The notes under the pieces are model-generated. The model saw nothing but the letters and a program-made list of their open reading frames with translations, did no database searches and had not been told where the DNA came from. The position numbers and the translations under genes were made by a program. This document shows, one piece after another, positions 1-9,240 of a stretch of DNA of 31,466 nt (position 1 is the stretch's first letter; each line of letters starts with the position of its first letter). Source of the DNA: a virus (lineage: Duplodnaviria; Heunggongvirae; Uroviricota; Caudoviricetes); the IMG/VR virus record IMGVR_UViG_2645727604_000022, one strand, 5' to 3'.

Positions 1-1335
1 ATGCGTTACAATCAATTTTCACATTACAAACGCTCCGACACTTTAGCCGGGGAGTTTATGAGATACAAGCCCAATCAATACATAATCTGTGATTCTTACG
101 GTAACTACTATTTAAGGATCACGCTGCCTGTGTATATGCAGCCCTTTTTTGAAGGAAAAAGGACGTTTGTCAGAAGTCTACACACAAGTAATCTTCGTGT
201 TGCACGTAGAAAGCGTGATCAGATTGCAGATGAATACCATTGTCTACGGGAGAGTGTCGCCCCTGTAAACAGCACAATAGAGAACACGCTGGAACTGTTA
301 CGCAGTAAGGCTAAATACGCCAAAACAGCTACCAGAATGCAAGATACAGCGTCTTCGTGTCCGTCATTGCTTAAAATTCTTGAAATCTACCTGACAATTA
401 ACAGCACGAAGAAGAAGCCAGCCACTTTAGCTAAGGCAAGAAAAGCGGTAGAGATGTTTCTCTCCTACCGTAAAAAGCCTGATATTGCATTGCAAGATGT
501 AAGCCGCACCACTGTTACAGGCTGGATTGAACACATGCAAAAAACCCTTTCACAACAATCAATTGCAAATTATATCAGCCCAATGGCCCAGCTATGGGAA
601 TTAGCTTCATCACGTTACCACGATGCGCCAGAAAGGGCGCTCTCCCCCTGGCGAGGGCATAGGCTTGATGTGGCACAAAGTAGAGAGAGCTACGAGGCAT
701 TTTCTAACAAAGAGCTATTGCAGGTGTTGCAAGTATTTTCCGGTGATTCAGCAGAAAACAAAGAAATGATGGCTTTGTGTCTTATCGGTTTATATACAGG
801 TATGCGGATCAATGAGATAGCAAGTCTCACAATAGACGATGTGAAAGAGATCGAAGGTGTGCTGTGTTTTGAAATCACACAGGGAAAGACGAAAGCTGCG
901 GCACGTGTTGTGCCTGTACATAGCCTTATCACTCCGTTGGTGTTGTCGCTGCGTGAAAAGCCTCACAATGGCTTTTTGTTCTATCACGCCAGCATTACAG
1001 AGCGTGCTGATGGTAAACGTTCCACGTGGCACACGCAGAGATTTACAAGAGCTAAACGAAAGGCTTTAGGGGAAAAGGGAACAGAAAGGAAGGTGTTTCA
1101 TTCTCTGAGACACGGAGTAGCACAGCTTCTTGATCGAAATCAAATTCCAGAAGACAGGATCGCCCTTCTCCTGGGCCATACACGCGGCAATACAGAAACA
1201 TTCCGCACATATAGCAAGAATGCAGCTTCTCCGGTAGAGCTTAAAAACTATATTGAGCTTCTACGCTACCCTGAAATAGAGAAAGGCTTATCAATCAATA
1301 AAAAATCAAATTTAAGGCGTAAAACAACACCATAG
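1..1335 (+). CDS. int: Tyrosine site-specific recombinase / integrase (444 aa; may extend upstream of the window)
   Basis: Catalytic-type motifs GMRINEIASL (Arg box), HSLRHGVAQLL (HxxR) and LLGHTRGNTETFRTYSK (Tyr) in the C-terminal half; ORF starts exactly at the window edge. Confidence 0.8.
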   Translation: MRYNQFSHYKRSDTLAGEFMRYKPNQYIICDSYGNYYLRITLPVYMQPFFEGKRTFVRSLHTSNLRVARRKRDQIADEYHCLRESVAPVNSTIENTLELLRSKAKYAKTATRMQDTASSCPSLLKILEIYLTINSTKKKPATLAKARKAVEMFLSYRKKPDIALQDVSRTTVTGWIEHMQKTLSQQSIANYISPMAQLWELASSRYHDAPERALSPWRGHRLDVAQSRESYEAFSNKELLQVLQVFSGDSAENKEMMALCLIGLYTGMRINEIASLTIDDVKEIEGVLCFEITQGKTKAAARVVPVHSLITPLVLSLREKPHNGFLFYHASITERADGKRSTWHTQRFTRAKRKALGEKGTERKVFHSLRHGVAQLLDRNQIPEDRIALLLGHTRGNTETFRTYSKNAASPVELKNYIELLRYPEIEKGLSINKKSNLRRKTTP

Positions 1336-1342
1336 ACGCAAT

Positions 1343-1380
1343 AAAGAGGCTTCAACATATATTAGTAGCCTCTTTTATAA
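1343..1380. terminator. Putative bidirectional intrinsic terminator between the convergent integrase and 237-aa genes
   Basis: 9-bp stem AAAGAGGCT / AGCCTCTTT with 15-nt loop, A-run on the left and T-rich tract on the right. Confidence 0.45.
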
Positions 1381-1416
1381 TTACATCGTTACAGAGCGTT
1401 TTAGAGGCGTTTACGG

Positions 1417-2130
1417 CTATTCCTGTTTAAAGGCAGGAGTAATAGTGTCTTCACCTTCACTACTTGATTTTTCAGTGTTAACACGTTTTTTCATATTAGC
1501 CCCGATGTTCTTAGATGGCTGTGTTTTGATAGCTACAGTGTTTACAGTGCCATAAGAAACTAATCTGATTTGCTCAAAGCTAAGATCAAATACCAGGGAT
1601 TCGCTTGCCTCTTCTGTGTATTCGATGCCTGTTAAAACAACGTTCTCAAAAGTTTTATTTTCTGTAACAAGAAGAAAAGGCTGTCTACTGTCCATAATCT
1701 GATTCAGGTAATCTATAGCCAATGATCTTCTGTTCCCTGTCACCCCTGCACTCTTTAACAAGCCAGGATCGCTTTTAATCGGTGTTTCAGTGATCCTCCC
1801 TTTAAGAGAAAACTTATTATTCTTCACTTGAACGTGATCCGATACAGTAGCCCCATTCTCTACGGGGTAGCTTGTAACATCTGCCGAACGTCTTACGTTC
1901 ACATCGTCTACACTGTCAAAAGCCAGTGCCATATAATTTTCATAAACGTCATTACCAGAAGATGCCAGCCCACTGGTAACAATAGCAAAACCATTTTCTC
2001 CTTTTGTTTTATTGGCTTTGCTATTTTCGTTTTTTGTAGAGTTTATATCTTGTTCTGCTTTGTAAACAGCCTGAACGTGTTGTTCTGGAGTATTTGCTGC
2101 ACGTATGGTTAAAATCCCGGCGGTCGCCAT
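1417..2130 (-). CDS. Hypothetical protein (237 aa), last gene of the structural-like operon
   Basis: Long ORF in AT-rich DNA; no recognisable motif; SD is 15 nt from the ATG so the true start is uncertain. Confidence 0.55.
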   Translation of the reverse strand: MATAGILTIRAANTPEQHVQAVYKAEQDINSTKNENSKANKTKGENGFAIVTSGLASSGNDVYENYMALAFDSVDDVNVRRSADVTSYPVENGATVSDHVQVKNNKFSLKGRITETPIKSDPGLLKSAGVTGNRRSLAIDYLNQIMDSRQPFLLVTENKTFENVVLTGIEYTEEASESLVFDLSFEQIRLVSYGTVNTVAIKTQPSKNIGANMKKRVNTEKSSSEGEDTITPAFKQE

Positions 2131-2164
2131 AATAATAATTTTCCTTGCAATGTTATGGCGGGAA

Positions 2165-3991
2165 TTACCCGCCGTTAGATTGTCCTGATAAGCTGGTTAA
2201 TGTTAATGATTTCAAGAAGCTATCCCGACTTGCTCTCGCTGTAAAATCCACATAATCGCTTAATCTTGATGTGTCACTATTAATAGTAAGAGGAACCTCT
2301 GTTACCACTTCAAATGTAGGATTCAGATTGAATACAGGAGATAAATTATAAGCCGGAGTTGTCATTGCAAGATTATTTAAAGCACCCTGTTTGAGATTGG
2401 TTATCGGTGCTTCACTAACTGACATTTTTACATCTGACACAGAAGAATTATCATCGAAAAGCAATCCCTTAATCGTGTTAAAGAGAGAATGACTATTATC
2501 AGGTGTAGTTGTTGCAGTGCCAGCGCCTTTATATTGATCAGGAACGAGATTATCTAAATTCTTCTTCATCCCTTCATTGCTTAATGGCGGTGCATCACCC
2601 ATATTTTTTTGAATAGCATCTGTCTTATCATCATTACGATTAAACCAGTTTACAATCTTCATAATAGCTTCAAAGAGACTTCCTATAGCTTCTCCCAGCT
2701 TCGTAAAATACGGAGTGAGATTAGAAAGGTTTTTCATAAACTCTTCCGTTACTTTTGGATCGAGAGATTTCATAAACCCGTCTACGAATGCTACTTGCCT
2801 TGCATCAGAAAGCTGTGAAAGCTGTCTGTTTAGTTCTCTGAATTTAACGATAGATTCTTGCTGTGTTTCTGTTAGCCATTTTCCAGAGGCTTTTTGCTGA
2901 TTAATACTTTCTTGTACATCTTTAACGGAACGTTGCCAATATTTTGATGTAAGCATCAAATCATCGCCCAGATCTTCTAAACGTTGTCCAATTTGAGAAT
3001 CTGAAAACCCTTTTTTCATCATTCCATTAACAGCCTTAGAAATTAATCCGGCTGGATTATCAGCAAATTTTTTAAGGTCGCTTTTGTTAATAACACCGAT
3101 GTTTAGAAGTTCATTAATAGCGTTATCACCGCCTTTCCATTCAGATTTTCCTTTCTTGTCTTTCACCAATTCAGCTTCACTATAGGATTTTGCGGCACGT
3201 TCACGCACATCTTTCATCTGATCCAGGTATTTCCTAGCCCCTTGATCACCCATCATAGAGTCAACGCCGTTTCTATACGCCCATTCTGTAATATTATACA
3301 TCTGGTTAACGTCTACACCGCCCAGCCTTGCACGTTGAATTAGCTCCCCTTGCGTTTCAGCATTCGCAAAGCTGTTAGCCATAAATTCAGAGGTTTTACT
3401 AACAGCCATCACGCCAGCAGCCGCCGTAGCGCCTCCAAATAACAGAGCGCCCATAGTGGCGGAATTCCCTGCTCCTCCCTTAACGGGGGCTAATTGAGCT
3501 TTTCTGTTGCCATTAATCTTACGTTGTTGCTGTTGTAAGCGTTTCATCTGACTATTCATACGTGCAAGCGAGATAGCCCCTTGCTCATATTGTTTTGCTA
3601 TCTCTCTAGCCTGTGCAATAGCTTTATATTGTTCAGCTACAGAGAGGCGGTGCATTGCACTGATAGAGCTTGACACATCAAGGAGCTTTAATTCTGCTTT
3701 CTCTTTACGTGCTGCTATTTGTTGCTGTTGCCTTGCCTGTGCTCTTGCTGCGGCAGCTTGTGCTCTTTGATTTTGCTTTTCTGTTTTGGCTTTTTGCTGG
3801 GTAATCTTGTCTACTTCACTTTGTGCTTTCTTATAGCCTTTAGTGACGCTATCAAATCTTAATTTAGCTGGCTTGATGTTTTCTGCGAATTCCTTTAAGC
3901 CTGTAATAGAGTCTTTCGCTTTTTTTAAGCTGTCTTTATCTACACTAAATGTAACTGTGTTCTTAATTTTAGAAGTGTTAATTTCTAACAT
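2165..3991 (-). CDS. Hypothetical coiled-coil / glycine-zipper protein (608 aa), tape-measure-like or ejection-protein-like
   Basis: Q/A/R-rich coiled-coil stretch (QRAQAAAARAQARQQQQIAARKEKAELK), hydrophobic Gly-rich segment GALLFGGATAAAGVMAVS; SD AAGGGG 7 nt before ATG. Confidence 0.7.
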   Translation of the reverse strand: MLEINTSKIKNTVTFSVDKDSLKKAKDSITGLKEFAENIKPAKLRFDSVTKGYKKAQSEVDKITQQKAKTEKQNQRAQAAAARAQARQQQQIAARKEKAELKLLDVSSSISAMHRLSVAEQYKAIAQAREIAKQYEQGAISLARMNSQMKRLQQQQRKINGNRKAQLAPVKGGAGNSATMGALLFGGATAAAGVMAVSKTSEFMANSFANAETQGELIQRARLGGVDVNQMYNITEWAYRNGVDSMMGDQGARKYLDQMKDVRERAAKSYSEAELVKDKKGKSEWKGGDNAINELLNIGVINKSDLKKFADNPAGLISKAVNGMMKKGFSDSQIGQRLEDLGDDLMLTSKYWQRSVKDVQESINQQKASGKWLTETQQESIVKFRELNRQLSQLSDARQVAFVDGFMKSLDPKVTEEFMKNLSNLTPYFTKLGEAIGSLFEAIMKIVNWFNRNDDKTDAIQKNMGDAPPLSNEGMKKNLDNLVPDQYKGAGTATTTPDNSHSLFNTIKGLLFDDNSSVSDVKMSVSEAPITNLKQGALNNLAMTTPAYNLSPVFNLNPTFEVVTEVPLTINSDTSRLSDYVDFTARASRDSFLKSLTLTSLSGQSNGG

Positions 3992-4002
3992 TTAAAATCC
4001 CC

Positions 4003-4206
4003 TTAATCATTTTTACCACCTTCTTTACTTAAGAAATGGTGTAGAGCCTGATCAATACTCTCGTTTAATCTGAACATACGGGCTTTTACTCCTTCATATG
4101 GAACATCTAAGAGAGAACAGAGATATTTCAGATTTAACAAGCCTCTAGAATCATTAGCATCTAAATGAACGTGTACACCATTTTTTGATTTCAGAATCAC
4201 TTCCAT
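4003..4206 (-). CDS. Hypothetical small protein (67 aa)
   Basis: ORF with SD GAGAGGTGA 7 nt upstream, sits directly after the terminator that follows the 342-aa gene. Confidence 0.45.
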   Translation of the reverse strand: MEVILKSKNGVHVHLDANDSRGLLNLKYLCSLLDVPYEGVKARMFRLNESIDQALHHFLSKEGGKND

Positions 4207-4227
4207 ATTTTAATCACCTCTCAAAAT

Positions 4228-4274
4228 TTAAAAAAAAAATAAAAAAAAGGCGAAGCGTGAATACACGCCACGCC
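4228..4274 (-). terminator. Intrinsic terminator downstream of the 342-aa gene
   Basis: On the minus strand: hairpin AGGCGTGGCGTG-TATT-CACGCTTCGCCT followed by a long U-run (plus-strand A-run 4228-4247). Confidence 0.5.
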
Positions 4275-4293
4275 TCTATTACACGTTAAAATA

Positions 4294-5322
4294 TTATTTA
4301 ACAGTGATTTGAACGGAGAAGCCTACACCGTGGTTTACAACCATCTGGCTATTCTCTGTAACAACGTTAACAGCATCACCACGAGAAGATTCATAGCTGT
4401 AGCTGTACACCTCAGCAGGAGCGGTATTAATCAGTTCAAAAGTGCTGGAAGCCGCCCCATAGATGGCCTGGTAGACGTTAGAGCCTTTAGCGAATTTAGG
4501 CACGGCTACAGCGTCAGCGGTCATATGTGCAAGGTGTAGCGGATCTACCAGTTTAATAACATCAATGTTAGTTCCTGGAATAGTGAACGCTGTCACCCCC
4601 GGTAGCAGGTCACGACGCTGATACACAACGTTTCCCTCTTCCAGTGGGCTTACATACTGGAATGCGTTTGCCATACCAGCAGAGAATCGAATTGCAGAGA
4701 AGGCTTCCGGCTTACAGAAAACAACAATACGCTCTACAGCAGCCGCCTGGCTTTGTGCTTTTTCGATAATGTCAGTAGCAATCTGATCAAATTCTTTAAA
4801 AATCTTCGTGGTGTCAGTGCTGGAAGCGTTCACAGTGGCTTTCATAGCTGATACGTTAAACAGCTTGCCCCATTCGATAAGAACATCATCAGTTTTAGGC
4901 GTGTAAGTTTTACCGCTAAACAGAGATGCAGCCAACACGCTCTCTTTTGTACGCTGATACGCTACGTGGTGTTTAGCAACATAGTCAGCATAGATATCAG
5001 TGAGTGTTTCCTGAAAATCAGTGCCTGGCTTACGTTTGCCTTGAACATCAGAAGGACGGATCACATCTTCACGAAGAAAATACGGGATTTCAATCAGCCA
5101 TTCTTTACCTTGTTCTCGCTTAGTAACATTGTGTTCAGAAGAGAAACGAGAGGTTTCTTTGTTGAACAGAGATTCGTTGCTTTCGACAAGCTGGGAAACA
5201 GCTACTTTATGAGAACTAACGCCCACCGGATCAGTGAAGTCGAGGGTAGAGAGCAGATAGTTTCTAGTGCTATGCGCAGAGAACAAAGGGGCTAAATCAA
5301 CGTAATCATTACCTAGAATCAT
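4294..5322 (-). CDS. Hypothetical protein (342 aa), probably an abundant structural protein (capsid-like guess only)
   Basis: Long ORF; helical N-terminal half and beta-rich C-terminal half; followed by a strong terminator as is common for highly expressed structural genes; no diagnostic motif. Confidence 0.7.
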   Translation of the reverse strand: MILGNDYVDLAPLFSAHSTRNYLLSTLDFTDPVGVSSHKVAVSQLVESNESLFNKETSRFSSEHNVTKREQGKEWLIEIPYFLREDVIRPSDVQGKRKPGTDFQETLTDIYADYVAKHHVAYQRTKESVLAASLFSGKTYTPKTDDVLIEWGKLFNVSAMKATVNASSTDTTKIFKEFDQIATDIIEKAQSQAAAVERIVVFCKPEAFSAIRFSAGMANAFQYVSPLEEGNVVYQRRDLLPGVTAFTIPGTNIDVIKLVDPLHLAHMTADAVAVPKFAKGSNVYQAIYGAASSTFELINTAPAEVYSYSYESSRGDAVNVVTENSQMVVNHGVGFSVQITVK

Positions 5323-5340
5323 TTATTATTATTCCTTTTA

Positions 5341-5703
5341 TTAAGAAGTGAAAACCGTATTAAAGCCTTCAAGCTGGAAGCCTTTTTTAATTAATGCTGT
5401 TTTTGCTGCTTCACTTACAGCATTCAGGGCATCAGCTTTGATGCATACAAGCCCAGCATTGCTACGTAGCACATCTACAGGCTTGTTGTCTCCAGCCGTT
5501 ACAAATTCACTCATAACAACATAGATATCATCTCCTGATTCATATTTAGCGCCAGTGCTGGTGATCAAGTCTCCGCATTCAACATCAGCAGGAAGAGAAG
5601 CAAAAACCTTGCTTTCTACAGAGGCAAACGGATCAGTACAATAAGCCACCAGATCTGTAAACGTCTTTCGACTTGGAAAAAGAGCGTCTAAATCAATAAT
5701 CAT
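5341..5703 (-). CDS. Hypothetical protein (120 aa), immediately upstream of the 342-aa gene
   Basis: Strong SD TAAGGAG 8 nt before ATG; start overlaps the stop of the upstream 70-aa ORF. Confidence 0.6.
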   Translation of the reverse strand: MIIDLDALFPSRKTFTDLVAYCTDPFASVESKVFASLPADVECGDLITSTGAKYESGDDIYVVMSEFVTAGDNKPVDVLRSNAGLVCIKADALNAVSEAAKTALIKKGFQLEGFNTVFTS

Positions 5704-5912
5704 TTAGTAATCTCCTTAGCTTTTAATTTGATTAATTCATTAAGGGAAGGTGTAGACGGAGAAGAAGGAGAAAAATATTTTTCAACACATCTTTCTACTT
5801 CCTCTACAGAACACCCAGCGTATTTAGCTACCATTTCGGTAATTTGTGGATTAATTTTCAGCATTTCATCTTTATACTTGATGATTTGCTCTTTATCATT
5901 TAAGAACAACAT
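5700..5912 (-). CDS. Hypothetical small protein (70 aa) with SPSSPSTPS linker
   Basis: ORF translationally coupled to the next gene; weak SD. Confidence 0.45.
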   Translation of the reverse strand: MLFLNDKEQIIKYKDEMLKINPQITEMVAKYAGCSVEEVERCVEKYFSPSSPSTPSLNELIKLKAKEITK

Positions 5913-6035
5913 TTATATAAACCTTGTTACCTTGTTTAAAGTAAGAAATACAACTTTTAAGTTGCATAACGGGCAAAATAAAAGGCAGCATTTAAAGCCG
6001 CCTTTTATTAACTCATACCTATGTAATTACCCTAT

Positions 6036-6065
6036 GTTATGCATACTCCAAGATGTATGCATAAC
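6036..6065. promoter_or_regulatory. Perfect 11-bp inverted repeat GTTATGCATAC-N8-GTATGCATAAC (candidate operator upstream of the structural-like operon)
   Basis: Read directly from the sequence; lies in the 343-bp gap between the 6256-6621 gene and the 5912 start. Confidence 0.35.
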
Positions 6066-6255
6066 AAAGGAAAAAAGAGGTAATAATGACACTTAAGGAG
6101 GAGGAGAAGCGGGGAGCGGAGATTTTACTCCCCTTTAATGACAGGAAGAATTTTTAATATCGAACCAACAAAGGAAAAATAATCACCCTATATAATTATA
6201 TTAACATACAATAGATGAAATGTCAAGATATTTTACAACTTTTTTGTTGCTTTTT

Positions 6256-6621
6256 TTATTCTTCTGTGATAGCAGCGCCTAAGCGTTGAGCTAGTTCAAC
6301 AAGTCCGTCTCCTACATAGCGAACGTCCGAGTAAATACCTTCTATCCAGTTTGATAGCTCCCATATCTGATCCGCTGTCAGATATGCGTTCTCACTCTTA
6401 CAGAGCATCTCTACACGCTTACAGAGCATCTCAAAGGCATTCACAGCTAAATCCCAGTGTTTAAACGCCTCATTTAGTGCCGCTGGCGTGTTTTCTTTGT
6501 ATGCTTCAAGTTCAGCACGGTTTAAAGGCAGGAGGTAATCATCCTCATAATAATTAATTAGTGAGTAAATTGTGTCATACGTGTTTTTGTTCATATTAAA
6601 AGTCTCCATAGTGATCAACAT
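6256..6621 (-). CDS. Hypothetical protein (121 aa by ORF; likely start at the third Met, 6594)
   Basis: GGAG 9 nt before the ATG at 6594; contains an in-frame 21-bp tandem duplication (EMLCK repeat). Confidence 0.55.
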   Translation of the reverse strand: MLITMETFNMNKNTYDTIYSLINYYEDDYLLPLNRAELEAYKENTPAALNEAFKHWDLAVNAFEMLCKRVEMLCKSENAYLTADQIWELSNWIEGIYSDVRYVGDGLVELAQRLGAAITEE

Positions 6622-7006
6622 TATCCAGAATCTGGAATTCAGGAACTAAATTATTTAGGCCATTGGTGGCGAGATAACCAACGTAGTGATTATAATCTTC
6701 AAATCCTAAAATCTGGTATTTGCGTAAATCAGAGCTATCAACAATATACTCTTTTCTTTTTCTAGGTTTCCAGAATACGCCAGGTGTTGAAGATAAGATT
6801 TCTTGTAATGCGATATATTCATCTCCACAAGGCACAGAGGGAGAATGTTCTATGATCTCTGTTTTCCATTCGCCAGGGGCGCTATTATGCTTGGTGAGCG
6901 TAACTAGCTCTTTAAAGTCTTTACGTCTTAGAATAGATTTAGGTTTACTTAGAAGAGAAGCTGAATCACCGATCTTCTTAACAACATTGTTTTTTCTTTT
7001 TGCCAT
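6596..7006 (-). CDS. Hypothetical protein (136 aa) with basic N-terminus
   Basis: ORF in the minus-strand replication/regulation operon; N-terminus MAKRKNNVVKK. Confidence 0.55.
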   Translation of the reverse strand: MAKRKNNVVKKIGDSASLLSKPKSILRRKDFKELVTLTKHNSAPGEWKTEIIEHSPSVPCGDEYIALQEILSSTPGVFWKPRKRKEYIVDSSDLRKYQILGFEDYNHYVGYLATNGLNNLVPEFQILDNVDHYGDF

Positions 7007-7135
7007 TTATTTTTCCTTTTCTTTTAAAGGAAAACACCCCGAAATATGTTTCTAACGTGAGAAAGAACAATAACCAATACATAGCTACTATCATAATAAT
7101 GTTTTCCTTTTATATTTTAATTACATAGAGAGATT

Positions 7136-7414
7136 TTAGAGAGTGGAATAGATGAATTCTATTTCTTTATCTAGTCTTTTGAGATTGAATGTAGAGAAAG
7201 ATAATTCTTTAATTTCTATAACACCGAAGTTTGATAGCTGTTTAAGCCAGAATTTTAAACCATCTTCAGAGCACCCTGCTCGATGTAACACATCGCTATA
7301 TTTTAGCGGTGTTGGCTTTCCTTTATAGAGGTAAGCAAGTGTTTCGTAGATGCGTTTTCCTGTGTCATTACACTGAATTCTGTCTACTTGATTTTTTACT
7401 AAATATTGAATCAT
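7136..7414 (-). CDS. Hypothetical protein (92 aa)
   Basis: ORF directly downstream of the HTH replication-like gene. Confidence 0.5.
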   Translation of the reverse strand: MIQYLVKNQVDRIQCNDTGKRIYETLAYLYKGKPTPLKYSDVLHRAGCSEDGLKFWLKQLSNFGVIEIKELSFSTFNLKRLDKEIEFIYSTL

Positions 7415-7425
7415 AACCCTCCTTA

Positions 7426-8115
7426 TTAAAATGGAATATCAAAGTCATCATACACATTTGGGTAATTCTTAGAAAAATATGCCTCAATACCATTTGGTAG
7501 CTTTAACCTGTGCTTATAGGCTAACGATGTTGCAAATTCTATAAATGATGCTCCTCCTGTTCTGGTATTCTTCTGCTTGATAATAAGAGATGCAAAATTC
7601 TCTAACACATCCTCCTCATTATCATTAGCTACCTTTTCACTTGATGAAACAGGTGTTTCTTCCGTCTCCCACGGCAAAGGCGCATCCCAATCATCAAGAA
7701 CATCAAAAGAAGGCTGTTTATGGCCTTTAGGTTGTTCCTGTGCTTCTTCTGCCTCAGAAAGATCAGAGAGTGATGATTCTCCTGGGGGAGTAATATGTGC
7801 ATCTGTGAGAGGGAGAGCATTGTAAATCAAAGATGAAATATACGGATCAGGATGTGGGGATGTTTCTAATAATCCCATCTCTTTAAGATCGTTTATCTTA
7901 CGTTTAATTGTTGACGCTGAAGACTTAAAAATCTTAGCTAATGTTTCGTGACTTTCATAACAATTAAGGTTGTTTTCCTGATAACTAAGGAATCGAAAAT
8001 AAAGCACAATATGTAATAGATCTAAATCTTTTCCTTGAGGGAATTTATCAGAATAAATCTTTGATACATTATCAAACGTGTCATAGTGTTTTGTAAAAGT
8101 TAGTTGATTAATCAT
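7426..8115 (-). CDS. Putative replication initiator / replisome-organizer-like HTH protein with SSB-like C-terminal tip (229 aa)
   Basis: HTH-like segment HETLAKIFKSSASTIKRKINDLKEMGLLE, acidic disordered middle, extreme C-terminus YDDFDIPF (E. coli SSB ends DFDDDIPF). Confidence 0.6.
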   Translation of the reverse strand: MINQLTFTKHYDTFDNVSKIYSDKFPQGKDLDLLHIVLYFRFLSYQENNLNCYESHETLAKIFKSSASTIKRKINDLKEMGLLETSPHPDPYISSLIYNALPLTDAHITPPGESSLSDLSEAEEAQEQPKGHKQPSFDVLDDWDAPLPWETEETPVSSSEKVANDNEEDVLENFASLIIKQKNTRTGGASFIEFATSLAYKHRLKLPNGIEAYFSKNYPNVYDDFDIPF

Positions 8116-8166
8116 TAAAAATCTCCTTATAAATCACGCTTAATGCGCTACTAAAGTGAATGAGGA

Positions 8167-8334
8167 TCACTTACCCTTTTTTTGTTTGATGTTCTCTGCT
8201 GCTTCAGTAATGATTTCTAACATCAAATCACTGACCATAATTTGCCTTTTCTTGGCTTCAGCAAATAAAACCTTGAAGATTTCAGGGTCAACGTGTAGGT
8301 AAGTGCGCGGAATTGGTTTCTTAGTTTCGCTCAT
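8167..8334 (-). CDS. Small ribbon-helix-helix-like (CopG/Arc-type) putative regulator, 55 aa; not in the ORF track
   Basis: Hand translation MSETKKPIPRTYLHVDPEIFKVLFAEAKKRQIMVSDLMLEIITEAAENIKQKKGK; SD AAGGAG 7 nt upstream of the ATG at 8334. Confidence 0.45.
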   Translation of the reverse strand: MSETKKPIPRTYLHVDPEIFKVLFAEAKKRQIMVSDLMLEIITEAAENIKQKKGK

Positions 8335-8353
8335 AGTTTTCTCCTTCTATTCT

Positions 8354-8542
8354 TTACTCTGTTTCAGATTCTTTTTCATTTTTTCTTAGTTCATCAATAA
8401 TCTTGAGTGCTTCATTGAAGCAAGCTGCTCGCTCTGGATAACCTCGACTCCTTGCCATATTACGATTCATTACTACTTGATGGCGTGTAAGCTCACCTTT
8501 TTTAAATGCCTCTACGACGTGTTTCGGTGTAAACCATTTCAT
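8354..8542 (-). CDS. Hypothetical small protein (62 aa), first gene of the minus-strand operon
   Basis: ORF with a candidate sigma70 promoter about 100 bp upstream. Confidence 0.45.
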   Translation of the reverse strand: MKWFTPKHVVEAFKKGELTRHQVVMNRNMARSRGYPERAACFNEALKIIDELRKNEKESETE

Positions 8543-8652
8543 AAAAAACTCCTTATTCAGTTAAAAGAAAAAACACCTTGCAAGCCTGACGGCTTCAAAG
8601 TGCATTGATTTTGATTATTTAGAGAAGAATGTTTTCTGTCCCTCTAATACCT

Positions 8653-8681
8653 ATTATTACATATAAAGAAACATTTGTCAA
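8653..8681 (-). promoter_or_regulatory. Candidate sigma70 promoter for the 8542-to-6256 operon
   Basis: On the minus strand TTGACA, 17-bp spacer, AATAAT. Confidence 0.3.
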
Positions 8682-9240
8682 TACCTTTTCACAAAAAATC
8701 TGATCTTTTTCATGCACTTACATTTTTTCTTAGCAATTCGTGCTCTCCTGTGTGGTGCTATTCTTCATTATCCGCTAAAACGCTCTAAAACGCGTTCTAA
8801 CGAGGTTTTGATAAAAGCAATACATTCCCTTATGTAATGGCTGTTTAGCTCGCCAGAGGCTTATTTAAGGGGCTTATTTTGTATTTGTTAGGTATATGAA
8901 AAGGTAATGGTAGATATAAGATAGAGAGTCACTTTATAAAACGCCCTGTAAAGCCCTGTAGTGAGTTTATTATATGTAGGCAATGCGTTTCCATTCCCTA
9001 CCCTGCTTAATGCTATTAGAGAAGCATTTAGACCCCTTATTTTTAATTAATTAAAGTATCCTCTATACATTCCTGTTATGAAACACCTCTGAATCCTTCA
9101 TAAAACACATTATGACGCAAAGAACACTTTTCTAAGGTGATTCCCTTCCTGAATGCTGTTTCTTGCGTCAAAGAGCTACACAGAGCTTATAAAGCTATTA
9201 TTAATAATAAAGTAGATAAGTAAGATAACTAAGATAGATA

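Noticed and set aside
4294-5703. Explicit lambda gpD / gpE (decoration / major capsid) assignment
   Set aside because: Sizes and order fit, but the one shared motif (YVSP) is in a different position and no other similarity could be confirmed by eye
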